In this document: positions 51,311 to 64,000 of the stretch, piece by piece
Layout of the letters: every line of letters starts with the position of its first letter
Numbering within the stretch: position 1 is the first letter of the stretch
Assembly (NCBI GenBank): GCA_965202585.1
Contig: OZ241832.1
Coordinates: 56,296,001 to 56,360,000 of the forward strand
Length of the DNA stretch: 64,000 bases
Source of the DNA: Thalia democratica
Taxonomy: Eukaryota
Direction of reading: 5' to 3'
Position numbers and translations under genes: made by a program
The notes under the pieces: model-generated
The model's input: the letters and a program-made list of their open reading frames with translations, nothing else
What the model was told of the DNA's origin: nothing
The model's database searches: none

Positions 51311-51469
51311 AGGTCCTACAGCACTAAGCTGCACGACAAAATTAAACGTTGCCAAACATACAAGTTTCATTATACTTACTATACGAAAAAAGATAAATGC
51401 TTTAAGCTGACATTGTGTTGCACTGTTAAATACTGTAATGTGAAATGGAAAGGAATTGTTAACAAATAA
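50774..51469 (+). CDS. Chimeric N-like/transposon ORF, copy B (231 aa as tracked, TTG start)
   Basis: Same structure as 40913-41608 with five amino-acid differences. Confidence 0.55.
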   Translation: MEADVMPDRQNQGYVIVPNDSNVGNVKEYVKQIDSGTASISQQVAIRVTFTLEEFKGLHDSISKDMKMTEYKGTITMSDIEFYSYDRVQVFKKIFECAQKDSITGKISKDDLGADITNICFIWLIRGTNFDKIKDGLSQVTKKRIETLISRYSFKNRTIDADTKNMTRLQNDTLTVSRFRSYSTKLHDKIKRCQTYKFHYTYYTKKDKCFKLTLCCTVKYCNVKWKGIVNK

Positions 51470-54400
51470 AATATTGAACTGCAAAGATTCAATGTTCCAA
51501 ACCACAAAAATACCAATAAATATAGGAGGACTAAACTTAGTCAAAAACAATCTGGTAATAGTTGTATAAAATTGAAATCGTAAACATCAATATAAATAAC
51601 AACTTTTTAAACATATCTAAAATAGTAAATTGTTGCTTATTAAACTTATTATTAGCTAAACATTTTTTGAAATTTAATAATTTTAAAGCTATCAAAGATA
51701 TGCTTTTAAAACAAGTTTTACTTGAAAAGAAACTATGGAACATCTGTTAGACGAAAATAGCAACATTGACTTCGTTGCTTAAAATTTCAAAATCGGTTAA
51801 AAGAAATGAATTAGATAGAGGCAAACAAAACATATTTTGGAAAGAGTAAAAAAAGACTAGATCTTTTCAAAAAGTATCAACTTTTCTATTGTAATTTACA
51901 TAGCTATGTTTTTTATCACAAAGATTTTAATCAAAACCGAAATTACATAATGTACAATATATCTTTATAATATCAGTTTATGGTAATAACTTGAAAACAT
52001 ATCATTCTAATATTGTAAATATACATCAGGAAATCAATTACAAAAATTTTATTTTGAAACAGGTTGTATCTGTTTTCAAAGAATACATAACAAAATTGTT
52101 GTTGTTAGAGTTAGAAAACCGTATGCCAACAAACCTACGCTTCATGATGTCTTTAAATGTTGTTTACCAAGTTGGTTATGTTGTTTAGTTGATTTGTGTT
52201 TAATGAGCTAAATATTTTATGATAAAAAAACATATACAAGCCGAAAACTGCACGTAATAATAAAAATAAATGTAATGTAAACATTTAAAGGCTATAAAGG
52301 AGTCACATACCTACATGGAGGATTTTTTGGAGTTGCCTAATGTAAAGTCTTTGTACTGTTCTGACCATTGAATAAACATTAGAATAACTACTCAAACTAT
52401 CATTTTTTTTCAAACCAACTTTGACTAATAGCGTTTAATGCTGCTCACCAGATACTACATTTACAAATAGAGAAGTTCATACTAGCTGTCGCAAGAAAAT
52501 ATTAAAAACCGTTTCTAAAAACGTATGAGTAGCATTATGTAAGATCATGTCTAACATGTCAGGAAGTTAAAACTGTTTCAGTAAATACAGATGAAGGTTA
52601 CTAGGATAACTATAGAAAAATAACGATAAAAAACTGGTTTGGACAATTTTATGTTTGCAGGTGTGAGCATATCATACATAAGCACGTTAAAAGAAGATAT
52701 TAATTCAACATTTCTTCATTTACAAAAATATAAAACAAAAACTGCATTGGCTATTGCCTAGGGTTTCAATCAAATGGTTAGTACGTATGGAATAGACTTA
52801 AAAAACGTCATTGCTGTTTGTAAGTGTTATGTTCTTAAAAAAACTTTAGATATTAGTCTTTATTGAAAATCATGTCTAGTCACTTAAATAATAGAAGATA
52901 AATTTGAACTGATGCTCATTGCAATCGAAGAAAACTCTGGTCACATGAAGTGGTACAAGTCACTATGTGGCGCAACTTTAAGCCAAAAAGCAAAGTAATT
53001 TTAAAACAAAATATGGTACAACAACAGATATTACATTTAGTCCTCGAATGGGGAAATTATAATATCATTTAGGCTTGACAGCAACAGCACATAAGCATTA
53101 TAATGGACACAAAATTATTGTATGATTTCCAAGATTGTTTTTTATTTGTTTTGTTCCTAAAACAAAACAAAGACTTAGAGAAGTTGGACAAGAAGAAAAG
53201 GCTATTTTGATCCTCAACATAACAACTTAAACAAGCATGCACTAGAAAGTTCAAAATCATGCAGTTCTGAAGATGAGGAAGAAAATATCATATCCTTACC
53301 AGTTTCAGAAGAGCATTGTAAACTAATTTATAGTAAAAACAGTAATTTAACTGGGAAATGTATTAGATTGACTAAAAATGGTTACACCGATGAAAGTATG
53401 TAATTTGTTTATTTGTTTATTAATCTTAATAAAGTTTAAATTGAAGTTTTTTATTACAATTGTTGTTATTAATTGACAAAATAGTAAGTTAAACTTCAAA
53501 AGAACATTTAAAAAAGTTACGAGATAGAAATAAAATAAGATTCCAAAAGCGTTTATTGTTTTCATTTATCAATATAGGTCCTACAGCACTAAACTGCACG
53601 AAAAAATTAAAGGTTGCCACACATACAAGTTTCATTATACTTACTACACGAAAAAAGAATAATGCTTTAAGCTGACATTGTGTCGCACTGTTAAATATTG
53701 TAATGTGAAACGGAAAGGATTTTTTAACAAAGAAACGATTGAAATGCAAAGATTCGATGTTCCACATCACAAAAATACCAATAAAAATAGGAGGACTAAA
53801 CTTAGTCAAAAACAATATGGTTTTAGTTGTATAAAACTTAAATCGTAAACATCAGTATGAATAACAACATTTTTTAAATATCTAAAATAGTAAATTGCTG
53901 CTTATTAAACTAAAGTTAAGCTAAATATTTTTTGTATTTTAATAATTTTAAAGTGCTGCTTTTAAAACAAATTATACTTAAAAAAGTATGGAACGAACAT
54001 CTGTTAGACGAAAACAGCAACATTGACTTCATTGCTAGAAAAATGTTAAAATCGGTTAAAAGAAATGACTTAGAATTTAAGCTCTTAATCACCGTCTTTT
54101 TAAGTCGTTGTGTCAAGATTATGGTAGTAAACTTTCAGTTTTACTTTTCCATACGGAGGTCCGCTGGTTATTACGTGGAAGAGTTTAACGCGATTTTTTG
54201 AATTGAGAAAAAAAGTAAAATCTTTTCTTAAGGAACGTGACTATGACCATGTCAAAGATATGGAGTCAAAAAACTTGTCAAAAAGCCGAAAACTGCATGC
54301 AATGTTAAAAATAAATGTAATGTAAATATTTAAAGGCTTTAAGGGAGCCACAACTGTACATAGAGGAATTTTTGGAGTTGCCTAATGTAAAATCTTTGTA

Positions 54401-57400
54401 CTGTTCTGACCACAAGCAAGTTATAATAGATCAATACAAAGGGTTGATGACTTATGACTGTTTGATTAGTTAGTTAAATTGGTATTTATAAAGATAGACC
54501 AAACTGTTGAATAATGTCAACTGTTACTTTATTATATCTGTCATAACATATTTATCATCCCTGTTAATTTTTTTTTCATGTTAACTCAAAAAGCAAATTT
54601 GTACAGTAAATATTTTTAGTAAAATAATAATACTTAGTTGACAGTATAGATTTTTTTGTTGTTTTAGTTTTTTGCTATAAAAATTTCTTCATTATATAAA
54701 GCTAATAGAGTAGGACAAATGATATCAACAATTACACCAACACTCATGTGGAAAAAATTGTGTCACAAAATAGGAAATAATGTTTTCAAAAATAAAATAT
54801 ACAGTTTCAAAATTTTTGTAGAATTACTATAAACAAATTTAAACAGGCGATATATTGATACAAAAGTAATTTATCTATACAAAACGTTTGTATGGATAAA
54901 ATTAAGGGGAATCTTAGAAAACTAAATACCAGCAGTTCGTCTTTAGCTGCAGAGATGTGGTCTAAGAAGAGAGCTGCAAGCCAAGTTATCCCAAATAAAA
55001 CTAAAACAAATTACTATGTTTCATCTTTAAGTAAGTCATGTTTAAGTAACGCTAAATCTTAAGTAATTTCTTTTACAAGTCATTATATAGGACCACTTTG
55101 AATCGAAATGATGTTTTTTTTTCACATTATGTATTGATAATATCTATGATAATATAATTGATAATATCTAATAGCTAAGCAGATTATAAAGGTTAAACAA
55201 ATCTAAAATATCCTTGACACATTAAAAGGAGATCATTCACTTAAGGAAACATAGTAAATAGATATTTCGAAATAACTCGACAACAGAGCAAAAATAATTT
55301 TGATGGAACATAGCTCATCATATCTCAATTGTTTTAAACAATGTAACATTGTAAAAGAACTTTAAGAATCTAACTTCATCTTAAACTTTACCAAAAGTGA
55401 TTTGACACAATGTAATTTAGATAATGCTGCTGACACTTTTAAAAACCAGATGGCCATATAAGTGGAGTTAATGTTTGCCAAATTGCAAAATGTATTTCAA
55501 GGAGAGAAATTTGCAATCTGTCCATCTGATCTCCCAGCTATGAGAAAAAAGATGGTGGATAGGCTTGCTATTGGCTTTCTTTTTAATTACAACTGTTAGT
55601 AAAGTAGATATGCATAGATGACAATATCCTAAGACACATACTGAAAAACAATTAAAAACGGAATCTACACTAAATCAAAGGTACAATAACAAAACATTTT
55701 AATATAATGATTCTGCCTACGCCTACCCTCTATTTAAAACACATAAACTGGAAAATTCTAAAATAAGTAAAACAAGAGTGCTTGACATACCTGTACGCCT
55801 AGCACAGCATATTTACATTAATTTTTAGATAAGAACCAAATTTATATGAAAAATGTTACAAGTACTTTTTTTTCAAGTTCTCTTCAGAAAATATACGATA
55901 ACAAACAGATATAAGATATAACATAAATCTTATAAAGCTGCATGCAGCAACAACTTCCAGATGTACATATTTCACACAACAACACATAAACTTGTTCAAT
56001 TTATAGGTGAAAAACCAAATAGTTCTAGTTGTAATTTATACGATAAGAAAATAAATTTTCTCAAAAATAAAAGTTTAACCCCATCCAAAAATTTTATTGA
56101 AACCCTGATATATATAGGGACGCACAACAGGTGTCAAATATGAAAAGAAAATGTGCTGTATATGATAGTAGTGGTATAAAATTTAGAATATTTAAAAATA
56201 TTGCAGACGAATTTCAATCAACCGAAAATTTCAAAAATCATTTAAGTTAATAAATAACACTAATGACAACTCAATTGATCGGATTTGCCTGCTGTCATAT
56301 TAGATGACATTAAATACTTAAGTAAATGTTGTTTTTTTCACTTAGAAATAAATTGATTTTGTACTTTGACAAAACCTTAAACTGCTCAGTATATCATATC
56401 AGCACAGTTTCTTTTCTTTCAGAAAGGGTGATGAAAAAACTAGATCACAGACTCAGATATTAGGGGTCTATTTACTCGATAAATCTAGTAATAAAAGTAT
56501 TTATACCCAATTTTATGATCATAAAAAGTAGTTATGATGTCCATTAAAAATAAATATAATTCAAGTTATTCCTTTGAGAATTTGTTTGCATTTTGCTCAG
56601 ATAAGGAAGGTGGCATTGTTTCGGCTCTAAAAGAATGCTTTAATAACATTGACACATTTTATTGTTGTATTCATGTATAAAAAACATTTCACACAAACTT
56701 GAAAGTAATCTTAACATAAAATTTTTGCTAATTAGTTTCACTAAATGTAAAAAAATAGAAGAATTAAATGATAAATATGCTTTTATAATAAGCTCTGAAT
56801 ATTATATTAATAGTAATAAAAATATTCAAGATTATGTAAAAAAGATGTATTCTGTAATCAAAAATAACGTAATATACCCACTTAACAAATTTTGTAAATG
56901 CAGCAGTGATCGGCAATAACAAACAATTGTGCACAGTCAGCAAACGCTAAAATAAACAATCATTTAGAACTTAAAACTTCAACTCCCTTAGAGTTAATTG
57001 ATAGTTTGAGAGAATTAAACAATCATCAACTTAACCACTTCAAGCAAATGTTGTCTAATAAGGTTGACTTTATATTTACTGGTGGTAGTTTTGAATTGAA
57101 TAGTGTAGATAAAGAGTTTATAGATTGTTTGTATGACCAATTTTTTGAAACTGACCTTTTTTCTTCTTCAGTCGAAGAAAATATTATTATTTATATAAGA
57201 AGTACATTATAATTTATTAACAATAGATAATACATTAAGCCCTTGGATGGAGAAAAAATATATACCTTAGGCTTGGCAGCAACAACACATAAGCCTTATA
57301 TTAGGCCAAAAGTTATCATATTAATTTCTAAGATAGTTTTTTATTTGTTTTGCTGTAAAAACAAACACTTAAAAAACTTGAGCTAGAAGAAAGGCTATTT

Positions 57401-57499
57401 TGATCCTTAACATAACAACTTAAACAAGCATGCAATAGAAAGTTCAGTATCATGCAGTTCTGAAGATGAGGAAGAAAACATCATATCCCTACCATACAA

Positions 57500-58130
57500 G
57501 TACAATGGAGCAGCTGCAATGATTGGAAGACACAAAGGATTATATAATTGCTTATATAAAACAAAAGAATCCCGAGTGTCAGTTTCTTCACATCATGTTA
57601 CAATAGTAGCTAAAAATGGCATAAAAAGAATATTAACAACGTACTTTACTAAAAGTTTTTTCTGACGTTGTTAGGACTATATAAAAATCTTAAGTCATTA
57701 CAAATTTTTAGCAGAACACGACACACTTATCCTTCATTCAAAAATTTGATTTTTGTCACAAAGAAAAGTCCTCAAAAGATCTATTGTATTGAAAGAAACA
57801 ATAGAAAACTTTCTTATTCAGAACAAAAGTGAAAGTGCAAATCACTTCAAAGATCTAGAGTGGCTTGGTGGATTTCACTATTTATGTTCTATTTTGATAG
57901 AACTGAACATACTAAATACTTCACTCCAAAATTCAGGTGGAGATATTTTTTTCATTGCAAAAACAATACAATGAAAGAAAAGTTAATACGGTGGGTTGAA
58001 AAAAGTTAAGTCTGGAAATTTCCCCAAGTTACTAGATCTTAGAAACTTTTTGAAAACATGTATAAGGGAAACTTAACACCTTGATCTGGAGATTAAATTA
58101 AATAGATTGGTAATAAATCATCTAAACCTT
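57500..58130 (+). pseudogene. hAT Buster/Charlie fragment (paralogue of 45590-46200)
   Basis: NGAAAMIGRHKG...SQRKVLKRSIVLKETIENFL...LNILNTSLQNSGGDIF. Confidence 0.75.
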
Positions 58131-58719
58131 CTTTCTGACAATTTTTCTATATATTTCCTAAAAAGTGTGTTAGATATAAAAATTTAAGTGGATTATGAAT
58201 CCATTTATTTATAAAGATTACACTCTAGATGCAACCAGTGTAGATTTTCTTATTGGGATCAGTAACAACGGAGTTGCTCAACGCTTAAATGAAAAGAAGG
58301 TTAGCAAAACTATGACTTGATTTAACCGATTGTAAAGAAGTAAACTTAATAAAATATGCCATACTAAAAGTAAAAGGAAACTTTCAAGTAAACGACTAAG
58401 AAACTTTTTGGTCACTTTCTGTGTACTGCTAGATCAGAAACTTGTATATTTCTAAAAAAAATAACTAATAAAACAAAATTTTGATAACTTTTAATTTCAA
58501 CTAAACATTTAAGATAGTTGTTTATAATACTAAAATTGTATATTGTATATATAAGTTTGAATAAACACTTTAAACATGTATTTCAACACATTTTAACTAC
58601 AATTGCAAATGTACTTTCTCTTTTCTAACAATTAGAAATAAAAATGTTATTCACATTGTAATGCAATGTTCCACAATTGAATATTAATATTGTCAAATCA
58701 ACTTGCGAAGCCATGGAGT

Positions 58720-59480
58720 TTTGGGAAGGAAGTAGCTTGGACTAAAACTGGCTTTAAGAACATTTCTTACATATCTGCAAGATGCAAAAGCCGTGAAAAT
58801 TCACTGAGCCATAAAAACATCATGGTCTAACTTACTAGGAAAAATACTATTAATAACTTTGTAAGTCAAAGCTATAAGGACAGTATTGAAAAGCACAATG
58901 CTAAAAGTTCAAAAAACAGAAAAGTTATGTTAATAATTATTGACAGTTTTCTTTTTTTTTGTGGTTTGCAAGAGATTGCACTAAGAGGTAGTAATGAAAA
59001 AAGACTCATTAAATCCATGTTGTTTAAGATCTTTGCTAAATTTTACAGGCATTCTAGATGAAGATACTAGTGACCACCTGGAAAACAGTACAGTGTTTAA
59101 AGGAAATTCAGCAACAATACAAAATGAAATACTTAAATGTGTTCTTCAAACTTGTAAAAACAAAGTTATTGCTCAAGTCAGTGAAACACCTTTGATAAAT
59201 ATATTTCCTGATGAAACCACAGACGTTTCTGTCTGTAATAAATTATCATTATACAATAGATATATACATAACTGCAATAATGTATGTAATAATAACTGTA
59301 AGTTGTAGAGAGATTTTGGGGCTTTTTTCAGCCAGACAGAGTCAATTCTGATAGAATAGCAAATGTTATTCTGACAGAGCTAGAAAAAAATAGAGGATAA
59401 AAATAGTTGCGCATACTTATGGTAATGCTTCAATTTGTGCGTTCAATTAAAAATTTAAATCTACAGCTTAAATATATTCG
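58720..59480 (+). pseudogene. hAT transposase fragment of ZMYM1/DUF4371 type
   Basis: WTKTGF...ENSLSHKN, FCGLQEIALRGSNE, VFKGNSATIQNEILKC, IFPDETTDVS match the A+RGHDE / S..IQNE+I / DETTD+S signatures. Confidence 0.85.
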
Positions 59481-61099
59481 TATGATGTTTAGTGATTGTA
59501 GAATTTTTCTATTTATTGATTTGAGTTAATCTTTTACAATTCATGATAAAGATTTATTAGAAACACTTTGAAACATATTTTCTTCTGATTTTTTTCTGAC
59601 GATATGGTGCAACCATAAGCCAAAAGGCAACGTAATTTTATAACAAAATAGGCTAGTACAGTTGTATTTATTAACAATAGATATTACACAATGTCCTTGG
59701 ATGGGAAAAAATTATATCCCTTAGGCTTGACAACAACAGCCCATTAGCCTTATAATAGACCAAAAAAAACTAAATATTTTCAAACCAAATATCTTTAAAC
59801 TTTAACTCCCTTAAAGTTAATTGAAAGTTTGAGAGAATTAAACAATCATCAACTTAACCACTTCAAGCAAATGTTGTCTAATAAGATTGACTTTATATCT
59901 ACTGGTGGTTGTTTTGAATTGAATAGTGTAGATAAAGAGTTTATAGATTGTTTGTATGACCAATTTTTTGAAAATGATCTTTTTTCTTCTTCAGTTTTTG
60001 GAAAATGTCTGTATTTCACCGATACTTCCTAGTAGTAGTAACCCCATGCATAACTCTTTATTTTTGAAATTAAAGCCAAAGCAAGCTTTAAATCTAATTT
60101 AAAATTTTAAAACGTTTTATGATTTAAATGAAATTTCAAGTACTGTTTTATCTAACAAATACTTTTTAACATAAAATAACTTTGACCTTAATCATATTGT
60201 TTGTGTCTGGAAAAATGTAAGTGCAGTACATCATAAATTTTAAGTTTTTCACAATACTGAAACAAATTTTTATTCTGAATTTCGTGTAAAAAAATCAAAT
60301 TTAATATCTGTAAATGAAACTGATAAAAAAATAACAATTTTACTATAAATATTACAAACTCACTTATCTAGAAAAACAGGTGCTTCAGCCCTCATGTCAG
60401 CTATATTTTTGTGGCATTCAGCTGATGAAGGAAGGTCCCTTTTCGACATGTACGGATAAGACATCACCTTTGAACGGCTTGAACAAAACCTCAATGATGT
60501 TTGCCCAGCTACGCACCATAGAAGAAAAAACGTGTACCATGCAATTTTGGATTTAGATGAGGAGGGGGAGACTCAAATGGCAAAAGTGGAAAGTTTGAAT
60601 TTCAGGAAAACCAAAAAAAAAAGAGAACTATGAAAATTTCCAGTATAAACAGTACAGTCAGCTTAAACAGCTGAAAAGGGACTTTTAAATATTTTCCATA
60701 ATGTTAAAGATGTCCATCCAAAAGTATACTCCGGATAAAATCAAAAAGTGGAGTGATAAACATATAATAAAATGACACCAACGAAAGATACAATAACAAG
60801 GAGATATTTTTAATTTCCTTTAACAAACAATGACACCCTGACTTTTCCTTTTTTAATTAAAACAAGCGAAATGTTTTACCCCACCTTCTTTTTCAATATG
60901 TTGCAAATAAATATCCTTTAAACTTTAATTTTGGTCTTGGTGTTTATAACCAGAAAAGAAACGATGTTGAAAAAAAAATTGAAAAATCTTATTTATAGTT
61001 AACTAGTTTGCTGTAAGTAAACTAGATAAAAACTTTGGTAAGGAAGAAACATCTTAGTTTTCCGAAGAAGGTTTTGATGATGAACGTTAAGTTTTGGTT

Positions 61100-61470
61100 T
61101 TAGAAAGTTATAAGTCATAGGAAAACCATTATCAACGTAACATATCCACAAAAGAATATGGAAAATCAAGAAAAAGCAATATCCGACCAATGGGGGGCTT
61201 ACAATGACATTGAAAGATTAGTAGATAGAAATGGTGAAGTAATGAATTATGAACACCACACGGTTAACCATAAAGTAGGCTTGTTAACTTCGAAAACCCG
61301 TGGATACACACCCAAACCATTGAGCGGCTCTGGGATGAAATGAAGGAAGTTATCAATAAAAGAGGGGTGAGTAAGAAGGTTGAGCAACATTTGTATAGGT
61401 ATAAATTTTAAAAAAAATATTTGGTGAACACGCTTCACCATTTAATGGTTGAAGCTGGAAAATCATTCCC
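61100..61470 (+). pseudogene. Second Merlin (ISXO2-like) transposase remnant
   Basis: ISDQWGAYNDI...YEHHTVNH and, after a frameshift, IHTQTIERLWDEMK. Confidence 0.85.
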
Positions 61471-61815
61471 TTATTCTAGGTTTATGAATACCCCATAATA
61501 CTTCCATAACATTTATATGATCAAAAATGGTTTGGGAGAAATATTGAGAAAAGAAAATCCTAGGCTCATTTCGCTTTTTAGCACTTTGCAAAATGCTTGT
61601 TTGAATGCAACGAAAAAACTTGTTTTGGTGTATTTGTAAACTAATGTAAAGTTAACTAATGTAAGATTTACTATTTGAAAAACGTTTCAAATTTTCAAAG
61701 CTAGGCATTGCAAAACAAAGTTTACTTTAAAACTTGATTTATAATTACGTCATCATATACTTTTTTAAAACTTTTTATATGCAAGAAAATTTTGAATTAA
61801 TTCAGTTCTTATTTA

Positions 61816-61859
61816 ATTGCCTACTGAAGACGAATTTTTTTGAAAGTACTTTAGGCAAT
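61816..61859 (+). ncRNA. Solo minimal hammerhead ribozyme motif
   Basis: attgccta-CTGAAGA(61824-30)-cgaattttttt-GAAA(61842-45)-g-ta-CTT-taggcaat. Stem I is a perfect 8 bp, stem III is the perfect palindrome AAAGTACTTT, and stem II is weak. Confidence 0.6.
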
Positions 61860-62719
61860 GTAAAGAGTACTAATAACTTTGTAGATTTTTTTGAAAAATA
61901 AAATACTTTTTATTTAAAACTAATCTTACTAAGAAAAAAGTTTTGTCTGATTAAATGAAGTGATTGTAAGATTGTCTTCAAAAAATTGTAAGATTAATGA
62001 AAATTTTAACAACCTGCAAAAATCGAAACAAATTTCTAGCAAAAAAAACTGTCATTTTAGTATGTGAGTCTTTTCTTGATTGCAACGCAACTGAGAAAAG
62101 GTATGCGTCTTCTATTTCAATCCTTTTTTAAACCATTTGTCTTGCCCCCGACTCTTTAAAGTTTTGTAACTAAACAGGCAAGAAATAGAAGATCATATAA
62201 ATATCATGGAATTTTGTTTGTTCGACAGAAGTTTTTTAAAATGTATTAAACAATAGATTTCAACAAAATTTAAAAGATAATTTGAAAACGTAGAAAATGA
62301 ACATTGATAAGACAAATATTATCTTTCTTGGTTTATTGATTACATAAATATCTACGATATGCGCATTTGTCCGTTGTCGACAAATATTTAAAGTTAAATT
62401 AAAAATAGATCAACTAACTCAATCTTTGAATTGTGGTTCAAGGTGGTAAAACACAACATTTATTCTGATCAAAAGAAACTCCAGATAACTAAATTTATCA
62501 CCGTTAAAACAAAACTTCACAAGTTATAAAAAAATAATATCTGACAAAATGATTCGTTGTGTTCTAGATTTTTGAAAAGTTCAGTTTTAAACAATGCTTA
62601 CAGAAGTAAACTGAAGCTTTTGTACTTAACAGTTTTTTTTTTGTAAATGTGTCAATCACTGGGTTTAAGCTTGAAATATTAATAAATCATTTTCTAATAT
62701 AAAAAAGATGCAAACTAAT

Positions 62720-62930
62720 AATAAATTATAGCTCCCAGAAGTTAGCCTACCTTTCTTATTGAAATTTAGAATCAGCATGTAAGGGTTCTAAGAAGTGAGA
62801 GAACCAACAATTACGCTGAAGCGGCTCATCGCGCCCTATACTGCGTGTTATATGGAACCAATCCTAATTTATGGAGCTTCGTACAAATGCTCAAAACAAC
62901 TCAAAATACAAGAGACCTTTTTGAATAATA
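62720..62930 (+). pseudogene. MULE transposase C-terminal fragment
   Basis: RTNNYAEAAHRALYCVLYGTNPNLWSFVQMLKTTQ matches RTNNxxExxH......HP.+W.F+..L+..Q. Confidence 0.75.
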
Positions 62931-64000
62931 AAGTTTGAATAATTACTATTTTACTAGTTTTCTACATAAATTCTTATATAAAGTTGCACAAATTTCATGT
63001 TATCAAATGTTAAAAAGTTTTAAATTAAATCAACTTCAAGAATTGTTAGCGATACTACGGTCTGATTCCATTATATTTTATGTGGTGCCAAAAGAAGCTC
63101 CCTAAAGAGAACATTGCAAAGAGAAAGACAAGCATGAGATAAAATTAGCTAGTTCTAGCATGGACAACAAAGTCTTATCTAACAAATGTAAACTGTAATA
63201 CTCCTAAAAAGTCCTAAAAGTAAATCAAGTTTCTCAGAAAAATCAGTCATCCAGTGTATGCTTTCTTAAACAACATACAGCAATCAAGGCTGGCTAATTA
63301 ACTTCAAAAAGACTTGAAATACAACAAAAGAGAACATAAGCAAGCCTGAACAGTTCTTTTTAAACCTATTAAAAATTTAATTCTTGAGCCTAGTAATTTT
63401 TTTAAAAACACTTTAAAAAATCTTACTATAAGTAGTCCTGCAATATTGTCTTCAATAGAAGTAATAGATTACTAAATACAGAGAAAAACACCTTTTACTG
63501 ATGCCCAAGATATATAAGTGATTGTCTTAAAAATTTTAAAACATACTTTTGGTAGATTTGCAGTTAAAAAACTGACACAACACCTATGTCTGACTCAACA
63601 ATAGATAGAAGATGCATGCTTGTAAATCATACCAGATATATTCATTGTAAAGCATAACAGATAAGGGGTCAATAATCATGAACGACTTCAGCTATGCATA
63701 CAATAACATTAAGAACCTAGTCACTACAAGGTTATACATCTTATTGGTTTTGTAAATTCTTTTAACCGTTTTTAATAGCCATATAAGAGGCAGGCGACAT
63801 AAAAATATTTAAGCAATTCTAACGCATTTTTACATTAATTTTTAAATAAGAAACAATTTTATATGAAAAATATAACAAGTACTTTTTTTCAACTTCTGTT
63901 AATAAAATATACAATAACAAACAGATATAAGATATAATATAAAACTTATAAAGCTGCATGCGGGAACAACTTCCACATGAACATATTTCACACAACAACA

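Larger units (their letters stand above)
49237..54412 (+). repeat. Tandem pair of mosaic units: EVE-filled (49237-52367) and EVE-empty (52368-54412)
   Basis: Both units begin ttgaataaac...actactcaaa...ccaactttgactaatag and end gtactgttctgacca. Confidence 0.85.

Noticed and set aside
1-64000. rRNA, tRNA or a multi-exon host gene spanning the window
   Set aside because: No cloverleaf or rRNA signatures were recognised, and candidate splice sites could not be linked into a coherent reading frame. Small exons could still have been missed.

Overview
A very AT-rich eukaryotic window (roughly 25-30% GC by eye, not computed). It holds one clearly intact gene and a dense set of decayed transposon fragments. 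The composition and TE mix (hAT, Merlin, pogo/Tigger, MULE, Naiad-type Penelope) suggest a cnidarian such as Hydra, but that is inference. The intact gene is an intronless 276-aa RING-finger ORF (12908-13738). The main result is an endogenous RNA-virus element: a ~0.9 kb insert (50404-51310, with a 5'-truncated duplicate at 40831-41449) whose translation aligns motif by motif with Tenuivirus/Phlebovirus (Phenuiviridae) nucleocapsid proteins. It sits at an acceptor-like site of a repeated transposon remnant, two empty-site paralogues are present in the window, and its frame reads straight into the remnant's frame. A second virus-like relic, a decayed SF3 helicase, lies at ~23.0-23.4 kb. A near-complete Penelope-like retroelement (37.3-40.2 kb) has terminal direct repeats, a target-site duplication and a hammerhead ribozyme in each repeat. 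Three further hammerhead motifs (11.3, 31.3, 61.8 kb) and a decayed one (5.6 kb) lie outside it. Almost all recognisable TE/viral coding fragments from 22-63 kb are on the + strand, which makes the region a candidate uni-strand piRNA cluster. No rRNA, tRNA or CRISPR features were recognised. Family assignments come from motif recognition by eye; no database search was run.
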